Below are positions 52,561-64,000 of a stretch of 64,000 nt of DNA, piece by piece (within the stretch, counting starts at the first letter, position 1; each line of letters begins with the position of its first letter). The notes beneath the pieces were generated by a model. The model was not told the DNA's origin. It saw nothing but the letters and a program-made list of their open reading frames with translations, and ran no database searches. A program made the position numbers and the translations under genes. The stretch is taken from contig OX597834.1 of NCBI GenBank assembly GCA_951406725.2, positions 21,700,001 through 21,764,000 on the forward strand, written 5' to 3'. This stretch comes from Octopus vulgaris (Eukaryota).

Positions 52561-53047
52561 ATATCAAAGATGGGAACCTGAAGTCGATTCTGGGATTGTT
52601 TTTCAGTCTTTCTCGGTTCAAGCAGCAGCAGAAATCACACCAACAACAACAAAAACAACAACAAAACCTTCAGCAGCAGCAGCAGCAGCAACAACAACAA
52701 CAACAACAACAGCAGCAACAACAGCACCAACAACAACAACACCAACTACACCAACAACACCAACAACACCAACTACACCATCACCAACAATTGCAGCAGC
52801 AAAACCAACACCAACAACAGCAGCAACACCATCATCATCAACAACAACAGCAACACCACCATCAACAACAACAACAAAAACAATCACATTCTCAATCTGC
52901 GCAGCAGCCCATCCACCATCACCACCATGAATCTAAGTTATCTGCAAATCAAATAGACCACCAGCAAAATCAAAGTACCGGGGAGACTATAAGTTCAGCC
53001 GTTGGAAAGAGCACATCACATGTAAACGGAGGGGAAATGTTATCAAG
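52561..53047 (+). CDS. NAV2: Internal coding exon of a neuron navigator (NAV1/2/3, UNC-53, Sickie) orthologue: end of CH domain plus poly-Gln/His tract
   Basis: Strong acceptor (ttctctcttttttctttcttccag|) at 52560/52561 and donor (TCAAG|gttcgt) at 53047/53048. In phase 1 it reads (D)IKDGNLKSILGLFFSLSRFKQQQK...GGEMLSR, matching from memory NAV2 EIRNGNLKAILGLFFSLSRYKQQQ...EMQSR. 487 nt, frame open from acceptor to donor. The symbol denotes the invertebrate family orthologue, not a specific vertebrate paralogue. Confidence 0.9.
52622..52880 (+). repeat. Coding (CAA/CAG/CAC/CAT)n tract encoding poly-Gln/His
   Basis: Direct translation: QQQKSHQQQQKQQQNLQ16HQQQQHQLHQQH...HHHQQQQQKQ. Confidence 0.9.
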
Positions 53048-53654
53048 GTTCGTACTCACTTAAATCTCCTTTTTTTTTTTTCCTATTTCATCTTCATTTC
53101 TTTTTCTTATTTGTTTTCTTCTTGTGTGTTTTGTTGTGCTTTTTTTCTTTGCTTTCAGCTAAAATCTAATGAACAAATTTTATCAGAAACATTTAAGATG
53201 TACAGTTTTTCTGCTCTTTTAGTGTATTTGTATGTATGGATGTGTATGTGTGAGCACGTGCATATATGTATGTGTGCACACATATGTATGTGTACACACG
53301 TGCATCTGCATGTTGTATATGTAGCATATAATTTAATATACATACATGCGTATATAAATACATGTAAAAGTTTATGTAAAGCAATATATAATATTATGTA
53401 ATTTACATTCATATATATATATATATTATACTCACTCACATATATGAAGTTAGATACATGCATGTAAGTTTATATATGTATATATATACATATGTACATC
53501 TATATACAAACACACACACACACGCGCACATATGTAATAGAGACACAAATGCTATGATAACATTTATCATTTTACCGCAATACTTTCTACTTGTTAAAAA
53601 ATCCTAAATGAGATCAGAAAGCACCATTTCTTGCATCCAATCATCAACCATACT

Positions 53655-54680
<1,026 letters not shown>

Positions 54681-54905
54681 TTGTGTTTTTTTAACTGTTG
54701 TGTTTTTTATAAAACTTCTGCTGCACCACCACCACCAGCCAAATGCATTTCCGTCTTCCTGGGGCTGCATGCAACATTGTTGTTTTCTTATTATTGCTGA
54801 ACATGGGAGGTGCTGGGGAATTGTACGCTACATCTATTTTTTTTTGTCGTGGGGCAATTGATATCATCATCATCATCCTCATCATCCTCATCATCACTGT
54901 TGTTA

Positions 54906-54937
<32 letters not shown>

Positions 54938-55004
54938 GTTATTATTATTATCATTATTTTTTTATATTTTTCTTTGTATACACATAAGTATATGTTCTTG
55001 TAAG

Positions 55005-55369
<365 letters not shown>

Positions 55370-56628
55370 CACTTTTCTCTATGTTCGTTCTGCATATGCA
55401 TGAGTATGAAAGAAATGCATAACAGAATAAAACAATCTAGACAAGAAAAAAAGAGAGCTCAATAAACTGAATTGAAATAATAGAATAATAAATTTATTTT
55501 AAGCTGAAATTTCACAGAATGAGTTTCTGAGTTTCCTGTCTAATAGATTCCCCTGCTATAAAAGAAGTCATTTGCACAATCTCACAGTTATATTTGAAAT
55601 ATAATCTGTTGGATATGCACATTAACAATAGAAGGCATTTTAATTCGGTTGGAGCATGTCACAGTGTTATATACAACTGGTTGATGTTCACCTGTGAGAT
55701 ATTCAGAAATATTTTAATAAAAATTCCATTTTCCAATGAAAAAAGGATTGAGTTAGAGATATATGTCAAAAAAATATACAGAAGAAAAATTTGTATTACT
55801 TATAGCTTGTGTTGGCATGCTAGAAGGTTGTTAAGTATTCAACGAAAGACATTTTAAAATATCCCAACAAATATTTCAGATTTACAGAGATAAAATTATA
55901 TTAGCCCTTAACTGGCATTTACAAATTCAATGAACTAATATCTTAATTTTTTTTAAAAACATAAAAGATAACAAATATTGTTCGGCAGTTCTAATAGCTT
56001 ATAAACGGTTTTTATAGTTGCTGATATTGTTAGTTCATAAAGATTACATGTACTTTGACAAATACGTCTAAAGGTCTTTCACATTCAATATTTCTGAAAG
56101 TTGCTATTGATGATTGAATCTTAACTTAAAAAGATACTCAGCCAACTAAATGTAATCCACAGAAACTGAATTATTATCTGTAAATACTTTCGTGAATATT
56201 GATTTCATAAAGATATAAAATATCTAATAGTCAATTTATGAAATTAAAATACTACAAAGACAAGAAGAATTTGATGCAGATAACTGCATAAAATATTTAT
56301 TATTAATATTTGCAAGTTCTGCTGCAAAATTATAAGAACAACTGAAACTTAATTTAACATTTAAAAAAAATTTTATCATGTCTTTTTTTTATTTTTGTTT
56401 CTAGTAAGTTAAAGAAAATATTTAGTGATGCTCCAACTTATATTAAGACTGAATGGAGCATTAGACCAAATAATTTTATGTTCTCTGTTTCTCTGAGTTT
56501 GAAAATTTATATAATTAATTTCTTTTGCAAAATCACTCTCTTTCGACACTTTATCATAATAATAATTATTATTTTATACTGTTCTTTGTATACACATAAG
56601 TGTATGTTCTTGTAAGGATATATATGTG

Positions 56629-56687
<59 letters not shown>

Positions 56688-56756
56688 GTGTATATATATA
56701 CTTTAATATATATATATGTGTATATATATACTTTAATGAAAAAAGATATACGTAAT

Positions 56757-56915
56757 AGGTGCATGTATGACTGTATGACTGAGAATTTTGCTACCCAACC
56801 ATGTTGTTTCAGGTTCAGTCCCACTATGTGGAACCTTGGGACAAGTGCTTTTTACTTTAGCCCCAGGCTGACCAAAGCCTCGTGAGTGGACTTGGTTGAC
56901 AGAAACTGAAAGAAT
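56757..56915 (+). mobile_element. SINE A head, diverged
   Basis: ggttcagtcccact...ccttgggacaagtg...gaccaaagcctcgtgagtgga. Confidence 0.75.
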
Positions 56916-57121
56916 CCTATATATATATATATAGAAGCACAAATAAAGGTTACAAACCTTGTTAACAGTTTGCAGCCATTTACTCAACATGCAGGAATTG
57001 AACACCTATTTTGTTTATCTGTTTCCTGTCCATAAAGGGTTTAATTCTATGATATATTGTCAGACCCCAAGGCCTGTTTTTCTAAAAATTATATATATAT
57101 ATATATAAATGTATATATATA

Positions 57122-57192
<71 letters not shown>

Positions 57193-57195
<3 letters not shown>

Positions 57196-57334
57196 CTTCT
57201 CCTATGTTTCCGACGAAGAGCTCTGCTCAAAACGTTAAACCCTCCTTCTACCCTTCTTTCCTGAGTGTCCAGTAATACTTTATTTGTTCCACGTCCTTGC
57301 ATTGTTGTGTTTTTTTGTTTTCTTGTTTGGATTA

Positions 57335-57338
<4 letters not shown>
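57193..57338 (+). mobile_element. Penelope-like terminal remnant with a minimal hammerhead motif (57206-57240)
   Basis: gtttCCGACGAagagctctgctcAAAAcgTTaaac; homologous to 1162-1295; within (TA)n. Confidence 0.6.
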
Positions 57339-57382
<44 letters not shown>

Positions 57383-58477
57383 TGTGTTTATATATATATA
57401 TGAATGTGTTTATGTATGTATATATATGTATGTAAATCTAAAACATCTTTCTTCCACGCTATATATTTAAGTGTTTTGTAATTGCTAGGCCCTTGTGGTT
57501 AATAATGATATAATGCTCCCTGTTGCAATAAATATTGAGTTCAAGAAGCAAAGTGCACTGAATAAACTTGCCAGAGGAGATGTCTTCCTGGGGTTAAAAT
57601 GGCAGTGTCGTCGCCTCTTAGAGGACAGCCACATTAAAGTGGCCACAAAGAATACTTTATCATTATTATTCTTATAAAAAGAACTTAATATCGTTGTTGT
57701 CGTCATCATTATTATTATTATCTATATTTCATCTTTCTCCCTATCAGTGGTGGGTCGGTAACTAAACTACCAGAGAGAGAGAGAGTTACACATGCTCCTC
57801 GGAAAAAAGATGCTGGAGTGTGCCACAGAGTAACTGATTTGATTAGAGATTCATAAATATTGGATTTCTCACTTTCTGATTGCAAATCGAGATGCTGGGC
57901 GGTGATGGAGTTGGGGAGAGACGAAGAGCAGATGGGGGTGGTAGCAAAATATTTTTGGATTTTTTTTTTTTTTTTTTTTACTTCCCAACAGCCGCTATTC
58001 ACCACCACTACTGGCCCCATCCCTGCTGTGCCTCCTTCGACCCCATTCCATCAGTCTCTGTTGCATCTCACCCACCAAACTTGCATCCCAGCCCCCCTAC
58101 CACCACCACCACCACCACCACCACCATCATAAACCGTCGATACTAGCGTATTGTAATGCAATTAATTACAATGGATGTAGGTAAATGATTAATGAATCGG
58201 CATTCGCATTAAACAGGCGTATCTCGGAAATCTGCATTGCTCAGATAAACGCTCGTGCACGTGTTTGCATGTATTTGTGTGTGTGAGTGTGCATTTATGT
58301 GTATGAAAGTATGAGTGCCAATGCATGCGTATGTGGTGTAATTCAATTTATATGAGAAGTATATGAATTATATAGCTATAAAATGTGCACACGATATGTA
58401 AGTAGATTTATATAGATAGGATATCTAGACGCCATAGATGTGTACTTGCATGCATATATATCTGTCTGTGCATGTGT

Positions 58478-59160
58478 CTCTTTTACTCTTTTTACTCTTT
58501 TGTTTGTTTCAGTCATTTGACTGTGGCCATGCTGGAGCACTGTCTTCAGTCGAGCAAATCGACCCCGGAGCTTATTCTTTGTAAGCCTACTACTTATATT
58601 GGTCTCTTTTGCTGGACCGCTAAGTTACGGGGACGTAAACACACCAGCATCAGTTGTCAAGCGATGTTGGTGGGGAGCAAAAGTGGCGGTGAGCTGGCGG
58701 AAACGTTAGCACGCCGGGTGAAATGCGTAGCCATATTTCGTCTGTCATTACGTTCTGAGTTCAAATTCCGCCGAGGTCGACTTCGCCTTTCATCCTTTCG
58801 GGGTCGATTAAATAAGTACCAGTTACGCACTGGGTTGGTATAATCGACTTAATCCATTTGTCTGTCCTTGTTTGTCCTCTCTGTGTTTAGCCCCTTGTGG
58901 GTAGTAAAGAAATAGATGTTGGTGGGGACAAACACAGACACACACACACACACATACATGCACATACACACACACACACACACACACATATACATATACA
59001 ATGGGCTTCTTCCAGTTTCCGTCTACCAAATCCACTCACAAGGCTTTGGTCAGCCTGAGGCTATAGTAGAAGACACTTTGCCCAAAGTGCCATGCAGTGG
59101 GACTGAACTCAGGACCATGTGGTTGGTAAGCAAGCTACTTACCACACAGCCACACCTGTG
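58478..59160 (-). mobile_element. SINE A interrupted by SINE B
   Basis: A tail 58478-58676 and A head 58915-59160. Confidence 0.88.
58684..58914 (+). mobile_element. SINE B (tail type 1), young, with a 14-bp TSD
   Basis: TSD gatgttggtgggga at 58663-58676 and 58915-58928. Confidence 0.9.
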
Positions 59161-59298
59161 TATAATTCTAAAATGTACGTGCAATATGTAAGTAAATTTA
59201 TACAGCTAAAATGTTATATTCATGTGTTTGCATGTTTTGTGTGTGTGTGTGTGTGTATGTGTGTGTGTATACATACATACTTACATACATTGATATTC

Positions 59299-59333
<35 letters not shown>

Positions 59334-59604
59334 AAGAGACTTTGTTTATAGATTAACCAGGCTACCATTAATTTCATTATAAGGGAGACATATTTTAGCA
59401 ATTATCAAGCTTGCCAAATGGAAAGTTGGTGTTCATCTCCATCTTGGATGGAAACACATTTTTTTCTCATCCAAAATGGACATGAATACCAAATTTCCAT
59501 TTGACAAGCTTGATAATTGCCATCATCATCATCATTATTTAACATCTATTTTCCGTGCTGGCATTAGTGGCACAGTTCCTTGGGTACTAGTAAGTCAGAA
59601 GATT

Positions 59605-59888
59605 GCAATGGCCCAGTGGTTAGGGCAGCGGACTCGCGGTCATAGGATCGCGGTTTCGATTCCCAGACCGGGCGTTGTGAGTGTTTATTGAGCGAAAACA
59701 CCTAAAAGCTCCACGAGGCTCCGGCAGGGGATGGTAGTGATCCCTGCTGTACTTTTCCACCACAACTTTCTCTCACTCTTTCTTCTGTTGGCTTGCTCGC
59801 TTAGCCAGCGGGGTGGCGTCATTTGAAAGGCTTATAAACACCTTCCACGCGATGGGTAGCAACATCTGATATATATATCACGGTGATC
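59605..59888 (+). mobile_element. SINE D with an altered 3' part
   Basis: gcaatggcccagtggttagggcagcggactcgcggtc...ccagcggggtggcgtcatttgaa. Confidence 0.88.
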
Positions 59889-59951
<63 letters not shown>

Positions 59952-59974
59952 AACATACATACATGCATACATGT

Positions 59975-60130
59975 GCTGGCATGATTGTACAGTAAAAAGT
60001 TTGTTTCCCAACTACATTGTTCTAGGTTCAATCCCAATGCATGGCACATTGGACAAATGTGTTCTACACTAGCCTCAGGCTGATCAAAGCCTTGTGAATA
60101 AATTTGGTAGATAGAAACTGAAGGAAGCCC
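59975..60130 (+). mobile_element. SINE A head, diverged
   Basis: ggttcaatccc...caaagccttgtga...gaaactgaaggaagccc. Confidence 0.7.
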
Positions 60131-60235
60131 TATATACATATATATACAGAACCGACAGAGTGCTCCTCCTACTACTACCTACCTACATGTACCCATGTTC
60201 CTGCAGGCATGTGTGCATATAAATGTATGTGTTTA

Positions 60236-60452
60236 AGGCAATGAGCTGGCAGAATCGTTAGCACACTGGGTGAAATGCTTAGTGATATTTCATGTCTTTA
60301 CGTTTTGAGTTCAAATTCCACTAAGGTCGACTTTGCCTCTGATTCTTTTCAGGGTCTATAAATTAAGTATCAGTTGCATACAGGGCTCAATCTAATTGAC
60401 TGGCCCCCGCCTCCCCCAAAATTTCAGGCCTTGTGCCTAGCATAGAAAAGAA
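60236..60452 (+). mobile_element. SINE B (tail type 2)
   Basis: gagctggcagaatcgttagcac...aaaatttcaggccttgtgcc. Confidence 0.85.
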
Positions 60453-60829
60453 TATATAGATGTATGTATTTGCGCACGTACGTGCGAGAGGTACGTCAGA
60501 TCGAAAGTCACTCATAAAGTTCATAACCATTAGGGTTTAAGGGTTAAAAAGAGAAAAAAAAGAAAAATCACAGCAGCTTCCCCACTACCCAACCTCTTTT
60601 AATCTAGCCTAGCCTCTAAATTCCTTCTGTTCCTGGGATAATCTGCTCTAATCAGCCTTTTCTTCTTTTTTCTGAGCAAAAATTATTTGATTGTGTTGGT
60701 TGACATATAATTAAAAGCACAAATAAATATCAACAATATAATAGGAACATCGTTATTAAATGATTTAACTGTACCGAGCGGGGCAGCGGGGGGAGGGGAG
60801 GAAAAATAACAAGAACAAAAATTCTCTTC

Positions 60830-60876
<47 letters not shown>

Positions 60877-61206
60877 TTTCTTTTTTACTTTTAATATTCT
60901 CTGAGGCCCCTGGGAAAAGGTCAGGGATTGAATACTGACCTTTCTTAGTTGAGTAATCCCTTAAAAAAAGAAAATATGTTAAAAAGCTGAATTGAAAGGG
61001 TCATAATACAAAATGTTAATGTTAGTGGGGATCAGCTTAACTTCTTTCTAACAGTGATCTTATTATTATCATTATTATTATTATTATTAGTAGTAGTAGT
61101 AGTAGTAGTAGTAGTAATAGTGGTAGTAGTCATGTTATTGATTAAACCCCTTCCCTTAAAATTAATAATGTGTCTAAATTACAAACCATTATTATTATCA
61201 TTATTA

Positions 61207-61264
<58 letters not shown>

Positions 61265-61287
61265 CATCATCATCATCATCATTACCA

Positions 61288-61542
61288 AGGTGGCAAGCTG
61301 GCAGAATCGTTAGCATGCTGGGTGAACTGCTTAACGGTATTTCATCCATCTTTACGTTCCGAGTTCAAATTCCACCAAGGTCGACTTTTCCTTTCATCCT
61401 TTCGGTGACCAATAATAAAATAAGTACCAGTTACACACTGAGGTTGATTCAATCGACTAATCCCCACCACCGAAAACAAATGCTGGCCTTGCATCAAAAT
61501 TTGAAACCGTTATTATTATTATCATCATCGTCATCATCATCA

Positions 61543-61582
<40 letters not shown>

Positions 61583-61800
61583 CAACATAGCAAGCTAGCA
61601 GAGTTCTTAGACAAAATGCTTAGCAGCATTTCTTCCGATATGTTCTGTATTCAATTTCCACCAAGGATGGCTTTGCCCTTCATCCTTTCAGAGCACTAAA
61701 AAACAAAAAAAAAGTACCAGTCATACCTTGGTATCAATGTAATCAACTAAATGCCTTCCATCACAACTTTTGGCCAAAATAGACCAAACTTTGAAACGAT
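61288..61800 (+). mobile_element. Two SINE B copies (61288-61510, 61590-61800) separated by (ATT)n
   Basis: Heads caagctggcagaatc and caagctagcagag; cctttcatcctttc; tttgaaac ends. Confidence 0.75.
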
Positions 61801-62234
61801 TATTATTATAATTTATCACTCTGTTTTTTTTTTTGGTTCTAAATGGAAATTTGCAATACTTTTAAATATAAGGAATAAAATGAAAGAGTGTCTATTGTTT
61901 AAATTTTTGGAAAATGTTGATAAAATCTCTTGTGATCTTCAATTACTGTTCTCGTTCCTCTAATTCCTATTATCGACTGCACTTGCCCAAAAGTATCACA
62001 GAACTGTTAATTGCCAGTCTCTGGAACCAGATTCTTCATTCTCCATGCTACTTACGCAGTTGAACATTCCTTCAAATTATACGTTTTGAGAAACAGTGTT
62101 CGGAGAGGCAGAGTGCATGGTGTGGGCGATTCGGTTCTTTCTTTTATTTTATTTCATATTTTGTTATTTTATTTTTGCTTATTACATATTTTGTAATTTT
62201 CGTTGTAATTGTGTGTACATGTTTGTGTCTTTGT

Positions 62235-62422
62235 GTGTGTGTGTAGACACAGACTAGCTGGTATATATTATATATATATATATGCAAACATACCTGTTTG
62301 CGCATATGTGCAGCTACACTTAAATAATACCTATTCATGTATATATAAAAATGTTTACAATATATATATGTATATATATGTGTGTGTATGTGTGTGTGTG
62401 TGTGTATAGACACAGACTAGCT

Positions 62423-62462
<40 letters not shown>

Positions 62463-62540
62463 AAGATACCTGTTTGTGCATATGTGCAGCTACACTTAAA
62501 TAATACCTATTCATGTATATATAAAAAAATTTACAAATGT
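62235..62540. repeat. Tandem duplication of about 165 bp
   Basis: tagacacagactagctgg...cagctacacttaaataatacctattcatg at about 62244 and 62407. Confidence 0.85.
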
Positions 62541-62583
62541 ATGTGTGTGTGTGTGTGCGTGCATGTGTTTGTATGTATATATA

Positions 62584-62632
<49 letters not shown>

Positions 62633-62870
62633 GTTTGTGTGCATATATACTCATACACACATATGAATATATATATATATATCATCATCATCATCATCGT
62701 ATATATATATATATGCATGATGGCATACAGATATATACACACACACAAATACACAGGCTTATATATTATATCTTTATTTGACATATCTAATGGCAAAGCA
62801 GTTTAAACTGTTCTATAAATTTAATTCCATTTCTGTATATAAATGGTAAATCATGCTCACAACTGTAGGA

Positions 62871-62925
<55 letters not shown>

Positions 62926-63017
62926 TGAGTGTGTGTTGGCATTTATGTATGTGTGTGTGTATATGTAAGTCTATGCATGTGAACATATAGAGGTGTGTGT
63001 TTGCGTATATATCTCTA

Positions 63018-63239
63018 ATTGTTTACCTTGTTCCAGTCATTAGACTGCAGCCATGATGGAGCACCGCATCAAAGACTTTTAATTGAGTGAATCAACCTCT
63101 GTACTAAGCATAGTGCTTAGTCTATCAGTTTCTTTTCACCGACCAGCTAAGTCACAGGGATGTAAACACACCAACACTGGTTGTGAAGTGGTAGTGGTGG
63201 GGTACAAACACAGACACAAACACACACACATACAAAAAT

Positions 63240-63271
<32 letters not shown>

Positions 63272-63380
63272 GACAGGATTTTTTCAGTTTCCATCTACCG
63301 AATCCACTCACCCAAGGTACTATGTAGTGGGACTGAACCCAGAACCATGTGGTTGGGAAGCAAGCTTCTTACCACTCATA
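63018..63380 (-). mobile_element. SINE A, diverged and deleted
   Basis: cagtcattagactgcagccatg...gtgggactgaacccagaaccatgtgg. Confidence 0.8.
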
Positions 63381-63392
63381 TATATATATACA

Positions 63393-63439
<47 letters not shown>

Positions 63440-64000
63440 GTACATATGGTATGTGTATGTATATATAAAGTGTGAGTGTTTCTGTATATGTTGTGTATCT
63501 GTGTGTGCATGCCTGCATATATGTGTTTGTGTATGTATGTGTGTTGGCATCTGTGTGTATGTATGAGTCTGAATCTGTATATATGTATGTCTGTATATGT
63601 GTGGGTGTTGTATTTCAATTTATTGTTTACATGTGTATGTGTGTGTGCATATGTATTTATATGTATGTGTGTATGTATGTGTATGTGTGTGTATGTTTCT
63701 GTGCGTGAAATTGTGTGTGTGTGTGTGTGTGTGTGTAATTGTATTGTATGTTCGTGCTAATGTATGTCTGTATCTCTCTCTCTCTCGCTCTCTCTCTCCT
63801 TCTTACTCTCCCTTTCTCTCATATCACTTCTCCCGCGCCCTCCCCACACCCATTCATTTCCTTCCCACCTCCACCCACGCATCTCTCTCTCTCTCTCTCT
63901 CCCTATACCCCTGGCACTCCCACTCCTGCCTCCCTCTCTCACTCTCACTCTCACTCAATCACTCACAGCCAAAGTGAGGAAATCAATGCTCAGTGTCTCT

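Noticed and set aside
52460-52930. Thr/Ala/Pro-rich ORF overlapping the exon
   Set aside because: Alternative frame of the CAA/CAG tract; the conserved NAV peptide is in the other frame.
53240-53470. TGCATG (RBFOX) motifs downstream of the exon
   Set aside because: TGCATG is abundant throughout the (TG/CA/TA) repeats of this window, so there is no local enrichment.
59605-59680. tRNA gene (also the heads of A and E)
   Set aside because: A and B boxes are present but there is no acceptor stem, and the sequence continues into a multi-copy SINE body.

Overview
Eukaryotic, AT-rich, extremely microsatellite- and SINE-dense genomic DNA with the repeat landscape typical of a coleoid cephalopod, most likely Octopus (inferred from sequence style, not confirmed by search). 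I recognise only one host coding exon: + strand 52561-53047. It encodes the C-terminal helix of the calponin-homology domain of a neuron navigator (NAV/UNC-53/Sickie) protein, followed by a very long Gln/His tract, so the rest of the window is probably giant intron. The intron holds at least four tRNA-headed SINE families (my labels A, B, D, E), remnants of four non-LTR retrotransposon clades (RTE, R4/Dong, Tx1-like, Penelope-like), piggyBac-, hAT- and Tc1/mariner-type DNA transposon remnants, and many simple repeats. The most notable signal is a set of type I hammerhead-ribozyme motifs of three or four different sequence families. All lie on the same strand as the NAV pre-mRNA, and one follows a Penelope-type GIY-YIG C-terminus inside an inverted SINE pair about 1.1 kb upstream of the exon. 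Nearly all ORFs in the six-frame track are artefacts of simple repeats. Repeat boundaries were read by eye and are approximate (about 10-20 bp).
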